Shown here: positions 17,414 to 26,587 of the stretch, one piece after another
Layout: the number at the start of each line of letters is the position of its first letter
How positions within the stretch are numbered: position 1 is the stretch's first letter
DNA from: Candidatus Eiseniibacteriota bacterium
GTDB taxonomy: Bacteria > Eisenbacteria > RBG-16-71-46 > SZUA-252
Length of the DNA stretch: 64,000 nucleotides
NCBI GenBank assembly: GCA_035716005.1
Contig: DASTKG010000025.1
Span: forward strand, 479 to 64,478
Direction of reading: 5' to 3'
Notes under the pieces: generated by a model
Seen by the model: the letters and a program-made list of their open reading frames with translations, nothing else
The model's database searches: none
What the model was told of the DNA's origin: nothing
Program-made: the position numbers and the translations under genes

Positions 17414-19009
17414 ATGGCGCAAAAAACGATACCGATCGCCGATCGCATCACCCGGGCCCTCGGCCGGGCCGCGACCCGGCAGGTCTTGAAGGGCGAACTC
17501 GGGTCCCAGACCACCTCCGCCGATCTGGCCGCCAGCGCCCGCGAGCATTGCGGCGGCGCGCGCGTCGTCATCGCCTCCTGCCGCGAGCCCTATCAGCACT
17601 CCCACGCCGAAGACGGTATCCGCGTCGTCCGAAGCCCCGGAGGCCTCGCCTCCGCGCTCGACTCCGTCGCGCGAGCCACCGGCGCCACGTGGGTGGCCCA
17701 GGCGACGGGCGACGCCGATCGCGACGTCGTCGACGAGCGCGGCCGCGTGGCGGTCCCTCCCGGCGAGGGGCGCTACACCCTCCAGCGCATCTGGATCGAG
17801 CCCGGCGAGCGCGAGGCCGAATTCCGCCGGTTCACGAACGGCTGCCTCTGGCCCCTCTGCCACATCGTCTACGTCCGCCCCCAGTTCGTCGCGAGCCAGT
17901 GGCGGGCGTACCAGGAGGTGAACGAGCAGTTCGCCTCGGCGATCCTCGACGCCGCGGGAGACGGCCCGGCCATCGTGCTGCTCCAGGACTTCCATCTGGC
18001 GCTCTGCGCCGCCACGCTCCGGGCGCGCCGGCCCGATCTCACCATCGTTCTCTTCTGGCACATCCCGTGGCCCAACTCGGAGGTCTTCCGCATCCTCCCG
18101 TGGGGCCCGAAGCTGATCGACGGACTCCTGGCCTGCGACATCCTCGGATTCCACATTCACTACCACGGCCTGAACTTCATCGACTCGGTCGCGCTCATGA
18201 TGGAGGCGCGCGTCGACCGGGAGCGCCAGGCGATCCTGCGACGGGGCCACCGCACCTACGTCCGCGCCTATCCGATCGCGCCCGACGCGGCCGAGATCTC
18301 CCTCGCGGCGAGCGAGCCGTGGGCGATTCGCGCGGCCGAGGGGCTTCGCCAGTCGCTCGGGCTGGGCGACGCGCGCGTCGTGCTCGGGGTCGACCGGCTC
18401 GATTACACGAAGGGGATTCCCGAGCGGATGGCGTCCTACGAGCGGTTCCTCGAGCAGCACCCCGAGGAGGCGGGCCGGACCCGATTCATCCAGATCGGCG
18501 TGCCCTCCCGCGTCGACCTTCCCGAGTATCAGGCTCTCGGCGCGAGCGTCGAGGCGATGGCGGCGCGGCTCAACGAACGCTTCGGCCGCCCCGGCTCGCC
18601 GGTCGTCCACCTCGTCACGCGAAACCTCGACTTCCGCGAGCTGATTCCCTACTACGTTCTGGCCGACGTTCTCGCCGTGACGTCGCTTCACGACGGGATG
18701 AACCTCGTCGCGAAGGAGTACGTCGCGGCGCGCGTTCATCAGGACGGCGTCCTCATCCTCAGCCCCTTCACGGGTGCCGCCCGAGAGCTGGAGCACGCGA
18801 TCCAGGTGAGCCCCTACGACGTGGAGGCCTCGGCGATCGCGATCGCCAGGGCCCTCGCGATGCCGCCTCAGGAACGAACGGAGCGGATGCGCTCGCTCCG
18901 CGAGGTGGTGGCCGCGAGGAACATCTACGACTGGGGCGCGAAGATCTTCCGCGACGTGAAGCGGCTCCACCTCGCGCCGAACGGATCGTCCCCGCCCCGG
19001 AGGCAATGA
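17414..19009 (+). CDS. otsA: alpha,alpha-trehalose-phosphate synthase (GT20)
   Basis: GT20 hallmarks: ..LWPLCHIV.. / ..LQDFHL.. / ..VLGVDRLDYTKGI.. / ..SLHDGMNLVAKEY... About 530 aa. Confidence 0.9.
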   Translation: MAQKTIPIADRITRALGRAATRQVLKGELGSQTTSADLAASAREHCGGARVVIASCREPYQHSHAEDGIRVVRSPGGLASALDSVARATGATWVAQATGDADRDVVDERGRVAVPPGEGRYTLQRIWIEPGEREAEFRRFTNGCLWPLCHIVYVRPQFVASQWRAYQEVNEQFASAILDAAGDGPAIVLLQDFHLALCAATLRARRPDLTIVLFWHIPWPNSEVFRILPWGPKLIDGLLACDILGFHIHYHGLNFIDSVALMMEARVDRERQAILRRGHRTYVRAYPIAPDAAEISLAASEPWAIRAAEGLRQSLGLGDARVVLGVDRLDYTKGIPERMASYERFLEQHPEEAGRTRFIQIGVPSRVDLPEYQALGASVEAMAARLNERFGRPGSPVVHLVTRNLDFRELIPYYVLADVLAVTSLHDGMNLVAKEYVAARVHQDGVLILSPFTGAARELEHAIQVSPYDVEASAIAIARALAMPPQERTERMRSLREVVAARNIYDWGAKIFRDVKRLHLAPNGSSPPRRQ

Positions 19010-19016
19010 CCCCCGC

Positions 19017-19811
19017 ATGTCCCGATCTCTCTTCGCCCATCGCGTCTGGGAACGGCTCCACGACACGCTCCGCTCCCGGGCGGCGATCCTCGTCGCCCTC
19101 GACCTCGACGGAACGCTCGCGCCGATCGTCGGGCGGCCCGAGAGGGCGCGCGTCCTTCCCCGCATCCTTCCCCTCCTCGCGAAGGGCGCGCGGAGGAGAC
19201 GCACGCGCATCGCGATCGTGAGCGCGCGGCCGGCGTCCGCCATTCGGCGGCTCGTTCCGATCGCCGGCGTGCAGCGCGTCGGCCAGTACGGGCTGGAGGG
19301 TCCCTTCGCGCCGCCCGCCGAGCGGCGCCGGACGCTTCATCGAGCCGCCGACGCCCTCGCGATCCTCGCGGAGAGCGGCGTGGAGCCGATCGCGGGGGCC
19401 TGGGTCGAGCGGAAGCGGCTCACGGTCGCGATTCACGGCCGCGCGGTTCCTCCGGTGCATCGCCCCGCGCTCGACCGCGTCGTCCATCGTCTCGCCCGAG
19501 ACGCGCGCCGTCTCGGGTTTCGCCCCCAGATCGGCCGCCGCGTGGTCGATTTCGTCCCGGCCGGTTTCGACAAGGGGACCGCGCTTCTGGAGATCATCCG
19601 AGCCCATCGTCCCGACGTGACGCTCTACTTCGGCGACAGCCCGTCCGACGAGCGCGCGTTCCGCGCCCTCGGACCGGACGACTTTCCGATCCGCGTCGGC
19701 GCGGGGGCGACGGCCGCCCCGTTTCGCGTCGGCGGACCCGGCGACGTCGCCCGGGTGCTGAGCGCCGTCGTTCGACTCAGGGCCGATTCCGCGTCCCATC
19801 CACGGAGGTAA
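19017..19811 (+). CDS. otsB: trehalose-6-phosphate phosphatase (HAD-IIB)
   Basis: HAD motif I LDLDGTL at the N-terminus and a C-terminal GDSxSDE motif (YFGDSPSDERAF). Immediately downstream of otsA. Confidence 0.8.
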   Translation: MSRSLFAHRVWERLHDTLRSRAAILVALDLDGTLAPIVGRPERARVLPRILPLLAKGARRRRTRIAIVSARPASAIRRLVPIAGVQRVGQYGLEGPFAPPAERRRTLHRAADALAILAESGVEPIAGAWVERKRLTVAIHGRAVPPVHRPALDRVVHRLARDARRLGFRPQIGRRVVDFVPAGFDKGTALLEIIRAHRPDVTLYFGDSPSDERAFRALGPDDFPIRVGAGATAAPFRVGGPGDVARVLSAVVRLRADSASHPRR

Positions 19812-19815
19812 TGCC

Positions 19816-20523
19816 ATGTCGCCGAACTGGGATTTCGCGTCGCTGCTTCCCCCTCACTTCGTGGAGCAGCTCCAGCTCACGCTCGTCGGACTCATCGGCG
19901 CGCTCGTTCTCTTTCTCATCGCCGCCGCGGTCGTCTTCGTCGGATGGCTCCTCGCCCTCGGCCTCAGCCGAGGCGTTCAGGGGCTCCTCGTGCTCCTCGG
20001 CATCGACGCCCCCGTCGCCAAGCTCCAGGCGAGGGAGCGCGCGCGGACGTTCGCCCTTCCGAGCCGCATCGCGAGCTACGTCACGTTCTGGAGCGTCCTT
20101 CTCGCCGCGTGCGTCTTCGCCCTGCGGGTCATGGGGCTCGACCTGGCGCCTTCCATCACGGCGCGGCTCCAGGACGTCGTGCCGCGCGTGCTCACGTCGA
20201 TCCTGGTCATGATCGCCGGCACTCCGATCGCGCTCGCCGCCGCGCGTCTCCTGAACACGCTCTTTCCCGTGTCGACGTCCCGTTCGGGCAAGATCCGGTA
20301 TCAGGTCTTCCTCTACATCCTGGTCGGGATCGTCCTTCTCCTCGCACTGGAGCAGCTCGGCCTCGCCGCGCAGCTCGTCATCGCGATCGGCGTCACCGCG
20401 GCCGGCGCCGTGGGCCTCGCCCTCGCGCTCGCGTTCGGGCTCGGTTGCCGCGAGCTGGCCCGGGATCTGATCGTCGAGTATCTCCGTGCGACGGAGACGG
20501 ACGCCGGAACCGACCGTCCGTGA
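19816..20523 (+). CDS. integral membrane protein with repeated 'conserved TM helix' segments (MscS-N-terminal-like)
   Basis: Four or five TM helices. Repeated hydrophobic motif like PF05552. No MscS beta-domain. Confidence 0.55.
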   Translation: MSPNWDFASLLPPHFVEQLQLTLVGLIGALVLFLIAAAVVFVGWLLALGLSRGVQGLLVLLGIDAPVAKLQARERARTFALPSRIASYVTFWSVLLAACVFALRVMGLDLAPSITARLQDVVPRVLTSILVMIAGTPIALAAARLLNTLFPVSTSRSGKIRYQVFLYILVGIVLLLALEQLGLAAQLVIAIGVTAAGAVGLALALAFGLGCRELARDLIVEYLRATETDAGTDRP

Positions 20524-21329
20524 CGACAGCGGATTCTTCCTTTTCGCTTCTCTCCGTCTCGCATCTGGAGTCCCCGACGGGGGCTTCGGCCGCGAGCCTC
20601 GAGGCGCTGCGGGAGGCGATCGCGGAGGCGGGGCACGACGTGCTCTTCCATCACGTCACGCGCCTTCCCATTCGCTTCGCCAACGCGCGCGACCTCCCCG
20701 CGAACGACTTCGCACGCTGGGCGAGGACGGCGCTGCAGGACCCCGCGGCGGCGGAGCAGCTCGCCTTCGCGGGGGCGCCTTCGCTGGCTCCGCTGGAGGA
20801 GGTGCGCGCGTCGCTTCTCGCCGCGCTGGAGCGCGTGCCGGAACGCCGGAGGCGGCACGAATCCCCGGAGGAGACGGCCTTCCGCTTCGTCCGGGCGCGG
20901 AGCGTCACGGCGCCCTTGTCGGCGCGGCTGAGCGATCCGCGGGACATCTCGACCCACTGGCCCCTCCTCGATCAAGCGTCCGTCTTCTATCACCTGGTGG
21001 AGGCCTCGGTGCTGGGGCCGGAACCGGCCGCGCTCATTCCCTGGCTCGAGGCCCGCGGCGCGGCCACGCTCGCGCGGCACGCGCGGGAACTCGCGGCGGC
21101 GGGACTGCCGCTCGCCCGTCTTCACCGCGAACTCGGAGCGCGATGGCGGCGGAGACTCATCCCCGAGCGCCTCGTGCGGCGGCTCGATGCCTCCGAGGAG
21201 CTGCGGCGGGCGGAGGCGCACGCCGCCATCGCGCGTCTGGCCGGCCGGCTTCGCGGCACGCCTGAAGCGAGCGAAGGCGGCGAGCCGGAGCCGGAGCCGC
21301 CGGAGAGCTCGGAAGGGGGGCGTCCATGA
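20520..21329 (+). CDS. hypothetical protein, translationally coupled to treT
   Basis: GTG overlaps the upstream TGA (GTGA), and its own TGA overlaps the treT ATG (ATGA). 269 aa, soluble, Arg/Ala/Glu-rich C-terminus. No recognisable domain. Confidence 0.45.
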   Translation: MTTADSSFSLLSVSHLESPTGASAASLEALREAIAEAGHDVLFHHVTRLPIRFANARDLPANDFARWARTALQDPAAAEQLAFAGAPSLAPLEEVRASLLAALERVPERRRRHESPEETAFRFVRARSVTAPLSARLSDPRDISTHWPLLDQASVFYHLVEASVLGPEPAALIPWLEARGAATLARHARELAAAGLPLARLHRELGARWRRRLIPERLVRRLDASEELRRAEAHAAIARLAGRLRGTPEASEGGEPEPEPPESSEGGRP

Positions 21330-22591
21330 GCGGAGTCGACGACGCCGTCCGGTCGGGCGATTCGCTCGGGGCCGGCCCCTCCACGCCGAGCCTCCTCGAT
21401 CGCTACAGCCGGGTGGTCGGCGCCGACGCCCTGCGCACCCTCGAGGCGCTCGCGCATCGGCTGGGCGGGCGGAGCGTCGTCATGGTGAACACGACGAAGT
21501 CGGGCGGCGGCGTGGCGGAGATCCTTCACCGGGTCGTCGTGATCCTGAACGAGCTCGGCGTGCCGACCCGGTGGGAGGTGATGGAAGGCGACCTCCGCTT
21601 CTTCAACGTGACGAAGAAGATGCACAACTCGCTCCACGGGCACGGAACGCCGCTCACGGCCGAGGACCGCGACGTCTATCGCGAGCAGAATCGGCTGGAG
21701 GCGCGGCGGCTCGCGCTCGACGACGACATCGTCCTCATCCACGATCCCCAGCCCGCCGCTCTCATCGACCACTGCCGCCGCCCCGGGCAGCAATGGGTGT
21801 GGCGGTGCCACATCGATCTCTCCCGCCGCGCGCCCGATCACTGGGATTTTCTCGCCCCGTGGGTCGCGGCCTACGACGCCGCGATCTTCTCGGCGATCGA
21901 GTTCGTGCCGCCGCTGCCGAATCCGGTCTACCTCGTGCCCCCCTCCATCGATCCCTTCTCCGAGAAGAACCGCGACATGCGGCTCGAGGAGGCCGAGGAG
22001 GTGCTCGCCTGCTTCGGGCTCTCCACGCGCCCTCCGCTCGTGACGCAGGTCTCCCGCTTCGACCGGATCAAGGACCCGCTCGGGGTCATCGAGGCGTTCG
22101 CGCTCGTCCGAAAGCGGCGCCCGGCGCAGCTTCTCCTCGCCGGAGGCGGCGCGAGCGACGATCCCGAGGGCGAGGAGGTCCTGGCGGAGGTCCGCGAGCG
22201 CGCGGCCTCCATGAAGGACGTCACGATCCTCGAGCTCCCTCCGATGTCGGACCGGGAGATCAACGCGATCCAGCGGGCGTCGGCCGTGGTGATCCAGAAG
22301 TCGCTCCGCGAGGGTTTCGCTCTCACCGTTTCGGAGGCGCTCTGGAAGCGCCGGGCGGTGGTGGCGAGCGCGGTCGGCGGCATTCCGTTGCAGGTATTGC
22401 ACGAGCAGACCGGGCTCCTCGTCCGCTCGATCGAGGGGACGGCGTTCCAGACGATCCGCCTCCTCGACAATCCGGTTCTGCGCCAGGAGCTGGGCGCCGA
22501 AGGGCGGGCTCACGTGCGCGACAACTTCCTCCACACGCGCGAGGTGCGGGACTACCTGGCGGTCTTCGCCTCGCTCCTGGACGCCCCTTGA
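21326..22591 (+). CDS. treT: trehalose glycosyltransferring synthase TreT-like GT4 glycosyltransferase
   Basis: Strong motif-by-motif agreement with archaeal/bacterial TreT: SGGGVAEILH, FFNVTKKMHN, HDPQPAALI, WRCHIDLS, PPSIDPFSEKN, TQVSRFDRIKDP, DDPEGEEV, NAIQRASAVVIQKSLREGFALTVSEALWK. Confidence 0.85.
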   Translation: MSGVDDAVRSGDSLGAGPSTPSLLDRYSRVVGADALRTLEALAHRLGGRSVVMVNTTKSGGGVAEILHRVVVILNELGVPTRWEVMEGDLRFFNVTKKMHNSLHGHGTPLTAEDRDVYREQNRLEARRLALDDDIVLIHDPQPAALIDHCRRPGQQWVWRCHIDLSRRAPDHWDFLAPWVAAYDAAIFSAIEFVPPLPNPVYLVPPSIDPFSEKNRDMRLEEAEEVLACFGLSTRPPLVTQVSRFDRIKDPLGVIEAFALVRKRRPAQLLLAGGGASDDPEGEEVLAEVRERAASMKDVTILELPPMSDREINAIQRASAVVIQKSLREGFALTVSEALWKRRAVVASAVGGIPLQVLHEQTGLLVRSIEGTAFQTIRLLDNPVLRQELGAEGRAHVRDNFLHTREVRDYLAVFASLLDAP

Positions 22592-22623
22592 CCGCCCCCG
22601 CGTGGGTGCTACACTTGTCGCCT

Positions 22624-23373
22624 ATGCGGCCCGCATTCCTCGCGTTCGTTCTCCTCGTCGCCGCCCTGCCGGCCTTCGCCGAAACCGATCCCGGTTCCGA
22701 CTCCGCCGGCGCCCCGACCGAAATCGTTCTCGGCGACGTCTCCCCTCCGCCACCGCCCGCTCCCGACGACTTCCGCGTGCAGGCCGTCGAACGCTTTCTG
22801 GCGAAGCGGCAGGATGGAAGCCTGGCCCGGTCGGTGGATCGCGCCGTGAAGCTCCAGGCGATGGCCCCCAAGGAGGCCACGGCGGAAGAGCTCTACGGGC
22901 CGGCGGGATCCCGCCTCATCGCGTTCGACTTCATGCCCGAGGCGATCGAATCGGAGCGCGCCGGCCACTTCCGGATTCCGGTCTACCTCCTCTTCGCCAA
23001 CGAGGAGGGAGAGGTCGTGGAGAGCCGCGACGAGTCGCTCGACTTCTCCGAAGCGAACGGGGATTGGGCCTGCGTCTCCCGCCGGACGAGCGCGGCGATG
23101 AGCTGGAGCAGCGACGGCGTGCTCGACGAAGCCAAATCGCTCGGCGTGTCCGAAGAGCTCGGCAAGGCGGAAAAGCACCTTCGCGACTGGACCGCCGGAC
23201 GGAAGGACGGACTCGCCTATTCCGTGGCCGACATCGGCAAGGACGCCGGGGGCCGCGTCGTGGTGAAGTGCCTTCGTTTCTCCGCCGAAGTCGGCCGGCG
23301 CGGATTCGAGGTGAAGAGCGACCCGCTCGTGCTCTCCCGCGAGCAGGGCGTGCTTCACATCGAGTCGAACTAG
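22624..23373 (+). CDS. secreted hypothetical protein
   Basis: Signal peptide MRPAFLAFVLLVAALPAFA. About 230-aa mature domain. No known motif. Confidence 0.45.
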   Translation: MRPAFLAFVLLVAALPAFAETDPGSDSAGAPTEIVLGDVSPPPPPAPDDFRVQAVERFLAKRQDGSLARSVDRAVKLQAMAPKEATAEELYGPAGSRLIAFDFMPEAIESERAGHFRIPVYLLFANEEGEVVESRDESLDFSEANGDWACVSRRTSAAMSWSSDGVLDEAKSLGVSEELGKAEKHLRDWTAGRKDGLAYSVADIGKDAGGRVVVKCLRFSAEVGRRGFEVKSDPLVLSREQGVLHIESN

Positions 23374-23397
23374 CACCACCCTCGAGTCCACCCCACC

Positions 23398-24084
23398 ATG
23401 CGTCTCGTTCTCTTCGACATCGACGGCACGCTTCTTCGGGAGGGCGTCGCCCCGAAGATCGCGTTCGCGCGCGCCCTTCGGGAGACCTACGCGACCGCCG
23501 GACCGGTGGGGACGTTCCGCTTCGCGGGGATGACCGACCCGGAATGCGTGACCGAGATCATGCGCCTCGCGGGCGTGGCCGAGGAGGTCATCCACCAGCG
23601 GCGCGACGAATGTCTCCGCCGCTACGTGGAGCACCTCGAAATGGAGATGCCGAACTACGACGGCGCCCGGCTCTTCCCCGGCGTGCGGGAGCTCCTGGAG
23701 CGGCTGAACAAGCTGGACGACGTCCTGGTCGGCCTCCTGACCGGGAACGTCCTGCGAGGCGCCCAGCTGAAGCTCCGCCGCTGGAATCTGGAACCCTATT
23801 TCCGGTTCGGGGCCTTCGGAGACGATCACGCGGACCGCTCCGTGCTGGCGGCCATCGCCCTCGAGAAGGCGCGGGCCTTGATGGGGCATTCGTTCTCGGG
23901 GGCCGAGACGACCGTCATCGGCGACACGCCCAAGGACATCTCGTGCGCGCGGGCCATCGGCGCGCGGGCCGTCGTGGTGGCGACGGGTCAGGTCACGCGT
24001 CAGGAGCTGGCCGAGTGTTCGCCCGACGTGCTCCTCGATTCGTTCGAGAATCACGAAGCCGCGCTCCGCGCCATCTTCCCCTAG
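23398..24084 (+). CDS. HAD-superfamily hydrolase (phosphoglycolate-phosphatase-like, subfamily IA)
   Basis: Motif I LFDIDGTL, motif II LLTGN, and motif IV GDTPKD with a C-terminal Asp. Confidence 0.8.
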   Translation: MRLVLFDIDGTLLREGVAPKIAFARALRETYATAGPVGTFRFAGMTDPECVTEIMRLAGVAEEVIHQRRDECLRRYVEHLEMEMPNYDGARLFPGVRELLERLNKLDDVLVGLLTGNVLRGAQLKLRRWNLEPYFRFGAFGDDHADRSVLAAIALEKARALMGHSFSGAETTVIGDTPKDISCARAIGARAVVVATGQVTRQELAECSPDVLLDSFENHEAALRAIFP

Positions 24085-24154
24085 CGTCCCGCCGGCGCCG
24101 CTCCGGCGGCACCCGCGCCTCCAGTTGTCGGACTCCGGAGCCGATGAATCGCCC

Positions 24155-26587
24155 ATGATCGGCAGGTTCCATTTCGTCGCGACGGCCCTCTCCGCGGCGG
24201 GCCTCCTCGCCGCGATCCTCGCTTCGCCGCCGCGAGGCGGCGCCGCGTCCGCCCCCGGACCCGACACCACGCTCTGGTCCGCGCTCGGATCTCCCCGGGC
24301 CGCCGCGCCCCGCGAGCTCACGCCGCCTTCGTCGCCCCCGCCCCCCCTGCCCCACGTTCTCGCGAGGGGCGATCGATTCGAGATCGTCCGCGACGGCAAG
24401 GCGAGGCCGGTCTTCTTCCGGGGCGTGAACCTCGGCGCGGGCCCTCCCGGCCACTTCCCCGGCGAATTCGCCATCGGGATCGAGGACTACCGCCGCTGGT
24501 TCCGCTTCGCCCGCGATCTCCACGCGAACGCCATTCGCGTCTACGCGCTCCACCCTCCCGACTTCTACCGCGCGCTCCGCGAGGAGAATCTCGCGAACCC
24601 CGAGCGCCCGATCTGGCTCTTCCAGGAAGTCTGGACGGAGCTTCCCGAGACGAACGACTTCTGGACCCCCTCCTATCGCCGCGGCTTCGAGCGCGAGATC
24701 CGGATGGCGATCGACGCCGTTCACGGAAACGCGGCCGTGAAGCCGCGCCCGGGCCACGCGTCGGGCCGCTACGAATCCGACGTCTCGCCCTGGCTCGCGG
24801 GGTGGATCCTGGGCCGCGAGTGGGAGCCCTTCGCGGTTCGGGAGACCGAGCGGCTGAATCCCGACACCACGAGCTACAACGGCGAGATCTTCTCCGTGGA
24901 GAGCGGGACCGCCATGGAGTGCTGGCTCGGCCGCGTCTGCGACGTGGCCGCGCGCTACGAGAAGCGGAACTACGGCCTGGCCCGCGCCGTCTCGTTCGTG
25001 AACTGGCCGACGCTCGACCCGATGCGCCACCCGACCGAGACGGAGCGCGGCGGGGCCGAGGCCGAGCACGACGAGGACGCCTACAGCGTCGATCCGCTTC
25101 GCGTCCGGCCGCGGCTCGCGATCGGCGACAGCACGGGGTTCCTCGGCTACTTCGCGAACTATCACGCCTATCCCTACTACCCCGACTTCATGAACCTCGA
25201 TCCCGGATACGCCGCGTTCCGCGACAAGCACGGCGCCTGCAGCTACGCCGGCTATCTCGCCGATCTGAAATCGCACACGCGCGGCGTGCCGCTCCTGATC
25301 GGCGAGTACGGCGTGCCGACGAGCCGCGGCATCGCGCACCTTCAGCCCCAGGGAATCAACCACGGGGGGGAATCGGAACGCGAGCAGGGGCTCTTCGACG
25401 TGAGGCTCCTCGAGGACATCGCCGGCTCGGACGCGTCGGGGTCGCTCCTTTTCGCGCTCTTCGACGAGTGGTTCAAGGTGAACTGGATGGTGCAGCGCGT
25501 GGAGCAGCCCCGCGACCGCGATCCTCTCTGGCACAACGTCCTCGATCCCGAGGAGTGCTACGGCCTCCTCGCCTTCGATCCTCCTCCGGCGGTCCGGATC
25601 GACGGCGACTTCGGCGACTGGCGCGGTGTGGCGCCCTACGCCGTCGCCGACTCCGCGAGCGCGGCGCGCGGCGGGGCGCTCCTGCGCGCCCTCTACGCGA
25701 CGTCCGATCAGGAGCGCTTCTACCTGAGAGTCGATCTCGCCCCGCGCGCCGCCGAGCGGGGGATCCGGTCGGTCGGCGTCGCCTTCGACGTCCTCGACGC
25801 CGCCCGCGGCGATCGCCGGCTCCCGGCGCCGCTCGACGCGACGTGGTCGCGCGGCGCCGAGTTCGTGCTCCTCCTGGAGCCCGCGCTCGGCTCCCGGGAC
25901 GACCGGTCGCGCCGGGCCTCCCTCTTCGCCGACTCCCGCACGCGCTACTCGGAGTTCGCGCGCGTCCGGAACGGCGACGACTACGGCTTCCTTCGCGCGC
26001 CCTATCGGCCCGTGGCGAACGACGACGGCCTCTACAACCCGCTCGTCGTGGAGACGAATCGCGAGCGCGTGGCGCGAGACGGCCGGCTCTTTCCGGCGCA
26101 CTACCTGAACGCGGGGCGTCTCGCGTACGGCGCCGAATGGCGGCTCGACGAAGCGCGCCGCACGATCGAGATCGCGATTCCGTGGGGACTCCTCGGCGTG
26201 GGAGATCCGTCGAGCCACGCGGTGATCGACGATCGCGACGGCACGAGCGAGATCGAGACGACGCGCACGCCCGGCATCGCGCTCCTCGCGTGGGCCTCGA
26301 CCGCCCCCGGGGCGCGGGCCGATTCGCTCGGCCCCACGGCCGCGGGGGCGCGGCGCGCCTCCCCGCGGGAGGTCTCCTTCCTCGGCCCACCAGGAACCTC
26401 GCAAACGGTTCGTGGACAAAACGTTAGCGTGACGACTCCCGACGGGGAAGTGGCGGTGTGGAACGGCTGGGAAATGCCGATAACTATCGAACGAGTCAAG
26501 AGTTCGGCCCGGTTCGTCCGGGAAGCCTTCGAGGGAATGGAAGCCCGTGAATCGAAAGAGCCGTCGAACGTGGGTGCGGGCCCGTAG
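24155..26587 (+). CDS. secreted glycoside-hydrolase-like protein (TIM-barrel GH-like N-terminal domain plus beta-rich C-terminal domain); PgaB-C-terminal/GHL-type
   Basis: Signal peptide MIGRFHFVATALSAAGLLAAILA. ..FFRGVNLGAG..FARDLHANAIRVYALHPP.. resembles a (beta/alpha)8 GH fold. Position and co-orientation match an exopolysaccharide locus. Confidence 0.55.
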   Translation: MIGRFHFVATALSAAGLLAAILASPPRGGAASAPGPDTTLWSALGSPRAAAPRELTPPSSPPPPLPHVLARGDRFEIVRDGKARPVFFRGVNLGAGPPGHFPGEFAIGIEDYRRWFRFARDLHANAIRVYALHPPDFYRALREENLANPERPIWLFQEVWTELPETNDFWTPSYRRGFEREIRMAIDAVHGNAAVKPRPGHASGRYESDVSPWLAGWILGREWEPFAVRETERLNPDTTSYNGEIFSVESGTAMECWLGRVCDVAARYEKRNYGLARAVSFVNWPTLDPMRHPTETERGGAEAEHDEDAYSVDPLRVRPRLAIGDSTGFLGYFANYHAYPYYPDFMNLDPGYAAFRDKHGACSYAGYLADLKSHTRGVPLLIGEYGVPTSRGIAHLQPQGINHGGESEREQGLFDVRLLEDIAGSDASGSLLFALFDEWFKVNWMVQRVEQPRDRDPLWHNVLDPEECYGLLAFDPPPAVRIDGDFGDWRGVAPYAVADSASAARGGALLRALYATSDQERFYLRVDLAPRAAERGIRSVGVAFDVLDAARGDRRLPAPLDATWSRGAEFVLLLEPALGSRDDRSRRASLFADSRTRYSEFARVRNGDDYGFLRAPYRPVANDDGLYNPLVVETNRERVARDGRLFPAHYLNAGRLAYGAEWRLDEARRTIEIAIPWGLLGVGDPSSHAVIDDRDGTSEIETTRTPGIALLAWASTAPGARADSLGPTAAGARRASPREVSFLGPPGTSQTVRGQNVSVTTPDGEVAVWNGWEMPITIERVKSSARFVREAFEGMEARESKEPSNVGAGP

